Of a stretch of DNA of 64,000 bases, positions 1 to 7,539 are shown piece after piece. Location of the stretch: assembly GCA_044228875.1 (NCBI GenBank), contig JBGAUA010000002.1:5397-69396 (forward strand), given 5' to 3'. The number at the start of each line of letters is the position of its first letter. Position 1 is the stretch's first letter. The notes under the pieces are model-generated. The model searched no databases, was not told the origin of the DNA, and saw nothing but the letters and a program-made list of their open reading frames with translations. The stretch is from Anaerolineae bacterium. GTDB taxonomy: Bacteria; Chloroflexota; Anaerolineae; Epilineales; Epilineaceae. The position numbers and the translations under genes are program-made.

Positions 1-423
1 GGCCCCGCCGGCGCGAAGGGTGCGAGCCACTTCCTGAAACGCATTGTCGATCCGTTCCACATGATGAAGGACGCGGACCTGGACCACGGTATCCAAGGCC
101 GCCGTGCAGAAGGGCAAGCTGTAGAGATCAGCGCAGATGAAACGCAGACCGTCGCGGCTGCCCGCTAGCCGTGACCGGGCATCGGCGATCATCGAATGGG
201 CATAGTCGACCAGCAAGACCTCGTCGAAGTTGCGGTATTCGTCAACCAAGCGACCGAAGCCGGCGCCGATCTCCGTCAGCCGGCGCCCGCTGCTGGGAAG
301 CAGACGGCGAATAGCCAACCGTTCAGCGGCATCCTCATAGGCCCGATCGGCGTGTTCCCAGAAGCGCTCGCGGTAATCGCTGCCCTCGTAATCGCAGATT
401 CGTGGCGTCTCTCTTGGTTTCAC
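1..423 (-). CDS. class I SAM-dependent methyltransferase, C-terminus cut by window edge
   Basis: Hand translation of the minus strand from GTG at 423 gives VKPRETPRICDYEGSDYRERFWEHADRAYEDAAERLAIRRLLPSSGRRLTEIGAGFGRLVDEY... It has an ExGxGxG SAM-binding motif and high third-position GC. It is absent from the ORF track because it runs off the window. Confidence 0.6.
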   Translation of the reverse strand, partial: MKPRETPRICDYEGSDYRERFWEHADRAYEDAAERLAIRRLLPSSGRRLTEIGAGFGRLVDEYRNFDEVLLVDYAHSMIADARSRLAGSRDGLRFICADLYSLPFCTAALDTVVQVRVLHHVERIDNAFQEVARTLRAGGA

Positions 424-431
424 GTGAAACA
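416..431. promoter_or_regulatory. parS site 1 (ParB-binding centromere-like palindrome)
   Basis: GGTTTCACGTGAAACA matches the parS consensus TGTTNCACGTGAAACA at 15/16 positions. The inner 14 bp are a perfect palindrome. It lies about 520 bp downstream of parB. Confidence 0.8.
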
Positions 432-447
432 ATCCTTGTTGAAAGGG

Positions 448-879
448 GACGAAGGCGAATCGTTTTGGCCCGACCGTCTGGAACCTTCGTTACGCTAAGC
501 GGGAGTCACCCCGCTACTACTGCACCTCCAAGAAGCGTGAGGGTAGCGGTGGCGACCTCGCGGCCAGTGAAGGATTCGAGACCCAGCACACCCACCGGCT
601 ACTCTCAAAGTCCATTGCGGTGCGATACTAGTACAGCCCTGCGCAAACAGCGCGGTGATGACGACGGCCAGTACCGGGCTGTACCAGCCATGCCTGCGGA
701 GAGAAAGTCGCAGCGATGCTGAGTCGAGGGCCATTCTGCTCCTGATTGAGGATGAACATTCTGGCAGCCTGTCCGGTCGACGCCGAGGCTTGTCTGCTGC
801 AGGCATGGCTGGCACGGTTGGATCGATGCGGACTGAACCTGCGGGAGCCATTCCGCCCTTAGATACTGGCCGCAATGGA
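448..879 (+). ncRNA. candidate structured RNA of unknown family (boundaries approximate)
   Basis: Non-coding-looking gap with low GC3 in every frame. Hand-paired nested helices: 448-455/484-491, 538-552/592-607, 611-620/870-879, 639-644/650-655, 668-673/864-869, 684-699/797-812. The wobble pairs are only valid on the + strand. Confidence 0.3.
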
Positions 880-895
880 GGTTTCACGTGAAACC
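880..895. promoter_or_regulatory. parS site 2
   Basis: GGTTTCACGTGAAACC matches the parS consensus at 14/16 positions and has the same perfect 14-bp palindromic core as site 1. It lies 57 bp downstream of the parB stop. Confidence 0.75.
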
Positions 896-951
896 CTTGG
901 GTGGAAAAGTTCCGCACTGATCACTGCGCGGAGCCATCCCGCCACGAACGT

Positions 952-1896
952 TCAGCGATCACGCGTCAGCAGCCGGTATAGGCCCGACAGGTCTTCCTCA
1001 GAATAGAAGTGGAGCATGATCTGGCCCGCGTCGCCGCGACGGCGGATCTCCACCCGTGTTCCCAAGGCGGCCTCCATGGCGGCAACCGCTGCCGCGGTAT
1101 CGGCGTCGAGCGCTGCTGAACGGCGTGGAGAGCGGGGGCCGGTCTCTGCCTCAGCTGCTTTCGTTTCCGACAGGTGGTCTCGTACCGCTTCCTCCAAGCG
1201 TCGAACCGTCCATCCATCGGCCAGCGCGCGCTGGGCCATCGCCTGCTGCGAATCGCCTTCACGCAGGCCCAAGAGGGCGCGCGCATGACCTTCGGTGAGG
1301 TGTCCGGCGGAGACCAGATCTCGCAGTTCAGGAGGAAGACCGAGAAGGCGGATCGTGTTGGTAATGGCAACGCGGGATTTGCCGACCAACTGCGCCACTT
1401 CGGACTGGGTCAGCCCGAACTCTTCGATGAGGCGTTGATAGCTGCCAGCTGCCTCCAGGGGGTCCAGGTTTTCGCGCTGGACGTTTTCGATGATCGCCAG
1501 CGCGAGCATCTCCTGGGTGCTGGCCTGCCGTGTGACCACTGGAACCTGGCTGAGCCCGGCCATGCGGGACGCCTGCCAACGCCGCTCGCCGGCGATCAGG
1601 GTATAGCCGTCGTCGCCAGGTACGACCAACAAGGGTTGGATGATGCCGTGGCTGCGAATGGAAGCAGCCAACTCCTCCAGCGCCTCGGCGGCGAAGACCT
1701 GGCGTGGCTGGTAGGGGTTGGGGCGGATGCTGTCGCTGTCGACCCAGAGCACACCGCTGCCGCGAGAGGCGTCCGGAACCGAGGCGGGGCCGGTGGTCGA
1801 GGGGATCTCCTCGGGCAGCTCGTCAACGGGGAGGGCGGTGCTCTTCAGCAGGGCGTCAAGGCCGCGCCCCAGTCCGCGTCGCTTGGGCTGGGTCAT
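952..1896 (-). CDS. parB: chromosome partitioning protein ParB/Spo0J
   Basis: 314-aa ORF. It has the N-terminal GLGRGLDALL motif, the ParB box LIAGERRWQASRMAG and an HTH (SQSEVAQLVGKSRVAITN). ATG at 1896. Confidence 0.95.
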   Translation of the reverse strand: MTQPKRRGLGRGLDALLKSTALPVDELPEEIPSTTGPASVPDASRGSGVLWVDSDSIRPNPYQPRQVFAAEALEELAASIRSHGIIQPLLVVPGDDGYTLIAGERRWQASRMAGLSQVPVVTRQASTQEMLALAIIENVQRENLDPLEAAGSYQRLIEEFGLTQSEVAQLVGKSRVAITNTIRLLGLPPELRDLVSAGHLTEGHARALLGLREGDSQQAMAQRALADGWTVRRLEEAVRDHLSETKAAEAETGPRSPRRSAALDADTAAAVAAMEAALGTRVEIRRRGDAGQIMLHFYSEEDLSGLYRLLTRDR

Positions 1897-1953
1897 TGGC
1901 TGGTGCTCCTCATGGGTATTCGAGGCGGGGCGCCGTCCGTCGGTTCGGTCTGG

Positions 1954-2730
1954 TCATGCCGGTGATTCGAATCGATGCATCAACTCGGCGGCAAGCGCGC
2001 GATACGCCACCGCTCCCGGCGAACTGGGCGCATATTGCAGGACCGTCTCGCCATAGCTCGGCGCTTCGCTCAGTCGGATGTTGCGCGGAATGACGGTGTC
2101 GAAGCGCTGCTTGGGGAAATGACGGCCCACCTCTTCCACCACCTCGCTCGACAGGCGGGTGCGGGGATCGAACATCGTCATGATCAGGCCGCTGACCGCC
2201 AGGTCCGGATTCAACCGGCGCTGAACCAGCTCAAGCGTGCGCATGAGCATGCCGAGGCCTTCCAGGCTGAGGTACTCGCATTGCACCGGCACCAGGACAC
2301 CCTGCGCGGCGACCAGGGCGTTGACCGAGATGAGACCCAGGCTGGGGGGGCAGTCCATGAGGACATAGTCATACTGGCCTTGCGCGGCTTCCAGGGCCTG
2401 CCGCAGTCGGGTCTCCCTTCCCCAGAGGTTGACCAACTCTACCTCGGCCCCGGCCAGGCCGGCCGAAGAGGGTACCAAGGAGAGTCCGGATGTGTTGGTG
2501 CTGACGGTCGCGTCGCCCAAGCTGACATGCTCAGCATCGACGAGAAGGTCGTACAGTGAATGCTCAGGGGTAGCCGCATAGCCGACGGAGCGGGTGGCGT
2601 TGGCTTGCGGATCGCAATCAATCAGCAGGACACGCCGTCCCGCATCCGCCAGTGCGGCGCTGAGGTTGACCGCCGTGGTCGTCTTGCCCACGCCACCCTT
2701 CTGATTCACGACGGCGTACACAAGCGCCAT
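1954..2730 (-). CDS. parA: chromosome partitioning ATPase ParA/Soj
   Basis: MALVYAVVNQKGGVGKTTTAVNLS carries the deviant Walker A. I chose the ATG at 2730, preceded by AAGGAG, over the TTG at 2769 used in the ORF track. Confidence 0.93.
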   Translation of the reverse strand: MALVYAVVNQKGGVGKTTTAVNLSAALADAGRRVLLIDCDPQANATRSVGYAATPEHSLYDLLVDAEHVSLGDATVSTNTSGLSLVPSSAGLAGAEVELVNLWGRETRLRQALEAAQGQYDYVLMDCPPSLGLISVNALVAAQGVLVPVQCEYLSLEGLGMLMRTLELVQRRLNPDLAVSGLIMTMFDPRTRLSSEVVEEVGRHFPKQRFDTVIPRNIRLSEAPSYGETVLQYAPSSPGAVAYRALAAELMHRFESPA

Positions 2731-2890
2731 TGGGTCTCCTTGCCATCGGGGAAAGGCCGGGTCCGGCAACGCCGGGTGACCGGCACAGGCGGCGGAGAAT
2801 AGCCCTGCACGTGGTGGTGCGGCAAGTCAGACGCATGGGCCGGAGGTCTTCGAGGGGCGGCGGTGGTCGCGGTCGGCGGCCTCTCGTCCC

Positions 2891-2919
2891 TTGCGTCACG
2901 TGTGGCGATACCCTATACT
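2891..2919 (+). promoter_or_regulatory. sigma-70-type promoter upstream of dnaN
   Basis: TTGCGT (2891-2896), 17-nt spacer, TATACT (2914-2919), about 190 nt upstream of the dnaN ATG. Confidence 0.45.
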
Positions 2920-3110
2920 GCAACAATCGCGGAAAGCGTTGTGACGGGCTGCACCACTATCCCTTGGGGTCAGGTCGGCTAGCTAACCACGATATGACCG
3001 ATTAGGACCATCAGGTGCGTTTGGGATACGGCCGGAGCCACCGGGCGCCCCGAGCCGCGGATCTGGACGGACCATTGGGGAGTGCCCCGGACAGTGGATC
3101 GAGAGCGACC

Positions 3111-4250
3111 ATGAACCTGACCTGCCTACAGGAAGACCTTGCCCACGGCCTGTCGGTCGTCAACCGGGCGGTGGCTACCCGCACCACCTTGCCCATCCTG
3201 TCCAACATCCTCATCGAGGTTGGCGATGGGCGGGTGCAGTTGTCGGCGACCAACCTGGAGATTGGTATACGCGCCTGGTTCGAAGCGGACGTCGAGACCC
3301 CCGGCGCAATTACCGTTCCCGCGCGGCTGCTCAGCGACTTCGTCCATTCGCTGCCCACAGCGCAGGTCAGCCTGAGTCTGGACGAGAAGACCCGAACCCT
3401 CAACATCCGCTCCGATCGCTACCGGGCGGACATCAAGGGGATCGACGCCGTCGACTTCCCAATTCTCCCGACAGTTGCCGACGGAACGGTCTTCATGTTG
3501 GATGCCGCAACGTTGAAGGAGATGATCGCCCAGGTGACCATCGCGGCGGCCACTGATGATGCCCGGCCCATTCTAACCGGCGTCCTGACCACGGTGGATC
3601 CGGATGCCGGGCGGATCACCATGGCTGCCGCGGACGGCTTCCGACTCTCGCTCCGAGAGGCCCAGTTCAACGAGCCGTTGGACGGTTCGGTTTCCGTGGT
3701 GATCCCGGCCAGGGCGCTTCTGGAACTGGGGCGGGTCATCGGCGATGACGGCAGTCCGGTGCAGGTCTGTCTCACCACGGGCCGCAACCAGATCCTCTTC
3801 CGGCTGCGTCAGGTCGACATCGTGTCCCAGTTGCTGGACGGCGCCTTCCCCGACGTTGCCAAGATCGTGCCCGTCGGGCACGGAACGCGAGCGGTCATCA
3901 ACACCAAGGCGCTTCACGGCGCAGTTCGGATCGCCAGCTTCTTCGCCCGCGACTCGGCCAACATCGTGCGTCTGAACTTCGTGCCGGGCTCGGACACGGA
4001 ACCGGGCCAGGTGATGGTCTCGGCCCAGTCGGCCGAAGTGGGCGGCAACCAGAGCGAAATCGAGGCCTCTGTTGAAGGCGCACCAGTGGAGATCGCCTTC
4101 AACGCCAAGTACCTGATGGATGTCCTCAGCGTGCTGAAGAGCGATCAGGTGGTGTATGACGTCAGCACGCCCTCCAGCCCCGGTGTTCTTCGCCCGGTGG
4201 ACGATTCTGAGTTCACCCACGTTATCATGCCCATGCACATCGCGCGCTGA
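3111..4250 (+). CDS. dnaN: DNA polymerase III beta sliding clamp
   Basis: MNLTCLQEDLAHGLSVVNRAVATRTTLPILSNILIE... is a typical DnaN N-terminus, and the protein ends in MPMHI. The start is taken at the internal ATG 3111 rather than the GTG at 3015 in the track. Confidence 0.93.
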   Translation: MNLTCLQEDLAHGLSVVNRAVATRTTLPILSNILIEVGDGRVQLSATNLEIGIRAWFEADVETPGAITVPARLLSDFVHSLPTAQVSLSLDEKTRTLNIRSDRYRADIKGIDAVDFPILPTVADGTVFMLDAATLKEMIAQVTIAAATDDARPILTGVLTTVDPDAGRITMAAADGFRLSLREAQFNEPLDGSVSVVIPARALLELGRVIGDDGSPVQVCLTTGRNQILFRLRQVDIVSQLLDGAFPDVAKIVPVGHGTRAVINTKALHGAVRIASFFARDSANIVRLNFVPGSDTEPGQVMVSAQSAEVGGNQSEIEASVEGAPVEIAFNAKYLMDVLSVLKSDQVVYDVSTPSSPGVLRPVDDSEFTHVIMPMHIAR

Positions 4251-4333
4251 CAACGGTTGAACATCCGGCGTCGGTGCCGATGCGCGCCCGGGAGTTGTCT
4301 CGCGCCGTGACGGCGCTTCCGGTGCCGCCAACT

Positions 4334-4339
4334 ATAATG
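4334..4339 (+). promoter_or_regulatory. -10 hexamer TATAAT immediately upstream of recF
   Basis: Perfect TATAAT sits 5 nt before the recF GTG (4345). TATAAT is rare in this GC-rich sequence, and the copies I found by eye (4334, 12211, 38571) all sit just upstream of a same-strand gene. No convincing -35 element. Confidence 0.35.
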
Positions 4340-4344
4340 CCGAC

Positions 4345-5571
4345 GTGCGACTCCGCCAGCTGTCCCTCACCAACTTCCGCTGCTACCGCCAGTTGACGTT
4401 GACCCTGCCGGACGGTCCCGTGGTGCTGGCGGGGCGAAACGCGCAGGGCAAGACCAGCCTCCTGGAGGCCGTCTACACATTGGCCACCAGTCGTGCACCG
4501 CACGGTGTTGCGGACCGGCAGTTGATCCACTGGGACGCAGGTCGCGACGAGATCCTGCCCTTCAGCCGGATTCAAGGAGATGTGGAGCGCCGCGAAGGCA
4601 TAATGACCATCGAGGTGCTCAGCGCCATGCAGGAAGCCGATGAGGACGCGGATGGACCGCGCCTCGTCAAGCGCATTCGGGTGAATCAGGTTCCCCGCCG
4701 CGCCATGGATCTTCTGGGGCAATTCAATGTGGTGCTCTTCACGCCCCAGGATCTGGAGATCGTCGCCGGCGCGCCGGCGGAGCGGCGACGCTACCTCGAC
4801 GGGCTCCTCTGTCAGGTGGATCCCGCCTATTGCCGGGCGTTGTCGCGCTACAACCAGGTTCTGACGCAGCGCAACCACCTCCTGCGGCTCATCCGCGAGC
4901 GACGAGGCGGGGCCTCCGAGCTCGCCTTCTGGGACGAGCGGCTGTTGCAGGACGGCGTCCTGGTGTTGGCCAGGCGCATTGAAGCCACAGCGCAATTGGA
5001 GGCCATCGCCGTGGATCTGCATGAGCGGATGACCGGAGAAGAAGGGCTCCTTGCGCTCGACTACCACGTCTCCTGGGCCGAGCCGTCGGCTGATGGAAAG
5101 GTCGGGTTGCCGGTTGGATTCGCCCTGTCGGATACGGCCACCGGCGGCGGCCAGGTCCTGACCGACGCCTTTGCGGCTGGGCTCGAGCGCAGCCGCCCCG
5201 CGCAGCTGGCGCGGGGCGTCACGCTTGTCGGGCCGCATCGGGACGACCTGAGCTTCCGGGTGGGTGGCGTGGACATGCGTGGCTTCGGCTCGCGAGGGCA
5301 GCAGCGATCGGTGGCATTGGCGCTTAAGCTGGCTGAGGCCCGACTGATGGCGCGGCGCCGGGGCGACTGGCCGGTGGTCCTGCTGGACGACGTCCTATCC
5401 GAGCTGGACCCGGAGCGGCGGGCGCGCCTGCTGAGCCTGCTCGAGGATGTGGACCAGACCATGCTGACCACCGCAGACCAGGCCATGCTGCCCGCCGATT
5501 GGCTGCGGCGCGCCACGCTGCTGGCGGTCGAAGCCGGTACGGTACGCCCCCTTCCGGCTTCCGGCAACTGA
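4345..5571 (+). CDS. recF: DNA replication/repair protein RecF
   Basis: MRLRQLSLTNFRCYRQLTL...LAGRNAQGKTSLLEAVY carries the Walker A. The signature LSFRVGGVDMRGFGSRGQQRSVALALKLAE and the Walker B VVLLDDVLSELD are also present. Confidence 0.93.
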   Translation: MRLRQLSLTNFRCYRQLTLTLPDGPVVLAGRNAQGKTSLLEAVYTLATSRAPHGVADRQLIHWDAGRDEILPFSRIQGDVERREGIMTIEVLSAMQEADEDADGPRLVKRIRVNQVPRRAMDLLGQFNVVLFTPQDLEIVAGAPAERRRYLDGLLCQVDPAYCRALSRYNQVLTQRNHLLRLIRERRGGASELAFWDERLLQDGVLVLARRIEATAQLEAIAVDLHERMTGEEGLLALDYHVSWAEPSADGKVGLPVGFALSDTATGGGQVLTDAFAAGLERSRPAQLARGVTLVGPHRDDLSFRVGGVDMRGFGSRGQQRSVALALKLAEARLMARRRGDWPVVLLDDVLSELDPERRARLLSLLEDVDQTMLTTADQAMLPADWLRRATLLAVEAGTVRPLPASGN

Positions 5572-5584
5572 TAGAATCTGCGCC

Positions 5585-6718
5585 ATGGACGCCAAGACGA
5601 CAGATCTGACCACCGTGCGCACGCTCCTGGTTCACGATTGGCTCAACCAGCACGGCGGCGCAGAGGTGGTCCTGGAGACGCTCTGCGATCTCTTTCCGCA
5701 GGCGCCGGTGTACACCACCATCATCGACCGGCAGCGCCAGCCGCGCCTTGCCGGCCGCGATCTCAGGCCAAGCTGGATGGACCGCCTGCCGGGCGTTCAT
5801 GCCCACCACCAGCGCTTCCTGCCGCTCTTTCCCTTGGACTGGGGCAGCCGCCGGCTGCCGGATGCAGACCTGGTCCTGTCCAACAAGAGCGGCTTCTGCC
5901 ATGGCGTGCACGCGGGAAAGGCGGTCCACGTCTGCTACTGCCTGACGCCCACGCGTTATGTTTGGGAGCCGGACCAATACCTGGAGCACGAGCGGGTGCC
6001 GCCGGGTGCGACGTGGGCGCTGCGGGCCATTCTGCCCTGGCTGCGACGCTGGGATCGCCGGGCTGCCGACGGCGTCGACCACTTCATCGCCATCTCCACC
6101 CTGGTGCAGGAGCGCATCCAGCGATGTTACGGCCGCGGTAGCGCCATTGTCTTTCCGCCGACCGACCTGGGGCGCTTCCAGTCCGGGACCGTCGATCCCG
6201 AGGACCACTACCTGGTGCTGGCCCGCCTGGCGCCCTACAAGCGCATCGATCTGGCGATCCAGGCCTTCAACCAGCTGGGGCGGCGGCTGATCGTCGTTGG
6301 CGATGGTCGGGACCGGGCACGGCTGCAGGCCATGGCGGGGCCCACCATCGAATTTCACGGCCGACTGCCGCAAGCTGAGGTGGACCGGCTGCTCTATCGA
6401 TGCCGGGCCTTGATCTGGCCCGGCGTCGAGGACTTCGGCCTGGCACCGATCGAAGCCATGGCCGCCGGAAGACCCGTGATCGCCCGCCGCGCCGGCGGGG
6501 TCCTGGATACCGTGCGCGATGCCGAAACCGGGTTGTTCTTCGACACGGCGGACCCGGCGGCCCTGGCCCAGGCCGTTCTGGCCGCCGACCTTGTGGACTG
6601 GCAACCGGAGCGGATCAGGGCTCATGCGGCGCGCTTCGGCATGGAGCCTTTCGCCGCAAGCCTCAGGGCCTTCCTGGTCGAGGCCCTTCAACACGGCAAA
6701 CGAGAGGGAATCCGATGA
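5585..6718 (+). CDS. glycosyltransferase family 4 (GT-B, retaining type)
   Basis: 377 aa. C-terminal EDFGLAPIEAMAAGRPVIA (EX7E-type motif) and an HDWLNQHGG N-terminus. Confidence 0.8.
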   Translation: MDAKTTDLTTVRTLLVHDWLNQHGGAEVVLETLCDLFPQAPVYTTIIDRQRQPRLAGRDLRPSWMDRLPGVHAHHQRFLPLFPLDWGSRRLPDADLVLSNKSGFCHGVHAGKAVHVCYCLTPTRYVWEPDQYLEHERVPPGATWALRAILPWLRRWDRRAADGVDHFIAISTLVQERIQRCYGRGSAIVFPPTDLGRFQSGTVDPEDHYLVLARLAPYKRIDLAIQAFNQLGRRLIVVGDGRDRARLQAMAGPTIEFHGRLPQAEVDRLLYRCRALIWPGVEDFGLAPIEAMAAGRPVIARRAGGVLDTVRDAETGLFFDTADPAALAQAVLAADLVDWQPERIRAHAARFGMEPFAASLRAFLVEALQHGKREGIR

Positions 6719-7440
6719 ACGAAGGCATCGAACTGTGGGCGATTGCCGCGGTGCTGCGCCGCCGCTGGAAGACGGTCCTCGCCCTGCCTCTTGTCGTAGG
6801 CTTGCTGTCCCTGGCCACGGCCGACCGGCCGCCGTTGGTCTACCGAACCCAGCTGGCCTTCGCCGTCGACATTCCCCGTTCGGCTCTTCTGGAAGGCAGC
6901 GATGAGGGAACCGCGGCCAAGATCGGCGAGTCCTTGGTGGACGACCTGGCAAGGATGGTCGGGCGCGATCAGTTCGCGCTGGCCGTGTCGAAGCGCCTGC
7001 CGGCGGGAGTCGTGGTCAGTCCAGGCGAGATCGCCGCCGAGCTGTCGGCGGAGGACAAGCACCGCATTCTCGACGTGACGGTCTCACGGAGCCTGCCGGG
7101 CGAGGTGACAGCTGCGGAGATGACCAAGGTGCGGGACGAGATCCTGGCCGTCGCCGCTGCCGTGGAGATGGAGCTGCGGGAAGACGGTGGGAGCTGGTTC
7201 GCCCGGCTCGGCGAGCAAGCCGTATCACTGACGCTCATCGACGCTGCGGATCCGCCCTCGCCGCAGGGGCTCAGCCTTCGGCAGCGGTTGGATCTGCCGC
7301 TGCGTCTGGCCTTGGCCTTCCTGGCTGCCCTGGGCGCGGCCGCCCTTCAAGAAGGACTCGACCGGCGCATTCACGACGCGGCGGGCGTTCGGTCTCAGTT
7401 GGGCTTGGGGCTTCTGGGAAGCATCCCCCGCCGCCGCTAG
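6715..7440 (+). CDS. Wzz/PCP-like chain-length determinant module (stand-alone)
   Basis: ATG at 6715 overlaps the GT4 stop (ATGA). N-terminal TM (VLALPLVVGLLSLA), a soluble region, a C-terminal TM (LALAFLAALGAAAL), and a tail ...LGLGLLGSIPRRR. Confidence 0.7.
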   Translation: MNEGIELWAIAAVLRRRWKTVLALPLVVGLLSLATADRPPLVYRTQLAFAVDIPRSALLEGSDEGTAAKIGESLVDDLARMVGRDQFALAVSKRLPAGVVVSPGEIAAELSAEDKHRILDVTVSRSLPGEVTAAEMTKVRDEILAVAAAVEMELREDGGSWFARLGEQAVSLTLIDAADPPSPQGLSLRQRLDLPLRLALAFLAALGAAALQEGLDRRIHDAAGVRSQLGLGLLGSIPRRR

Positions 7441-7539
7441 GGCGGCGCGACGGCGACCGACGATGTCGAGCGCGGCCGACCGCAGCCCGGCATCTTCCTT
7501 CCGCGAACGCGGCGCCCCATTGGGCCGGGCGCAGCGCGC

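Noticed and set aside
432-879. Known RNA families for the parS-flanked gap: RNase P RNA (GGAGAGAAAGTCGCAGC resembles GAGGAAAGUCCGGGC), tmRNA (GGATTCGAG resembles GGAUUCGAC), T-box and SRP.
   Set aside because: The universal motifs are imperfect or lack their partners. There is no ACAGAANCCGGCUUA or GUAAGGGUGAAA for RNase P. There is no tRNA-like 3-prime end or CCA for tmRNA. There is no downstream + strand gene for a T-box. There is no GGAAGCAGC SRP domain IV.
495-917. A 140-aa minus-strand ORF whose middle reads like a lipoprotein signal peptide (RRHGWYSPVLAVVITALFAQGC).
   Set aside because: Third-position GC is low over most of the ORF, the lipobox is non-canonical (AQGC), and the mature part is short and Arg/Trp/Cys-rich. 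The region is better explained as non-coding. It is kept only as an alternative hypothesis for the structured-RNA candidate.
2731-3110. oriC in the parA/dnaN divergent spacer, and a third parS at 2891-2906 (TTGCGTCACGTGTGGC).
   Set aside because: The best DnaA-box matches are 6/9 and no AT-rich unwinding element is evident. The CACGTG-centred 16-mer matches the parS consensus at only about 10/16.
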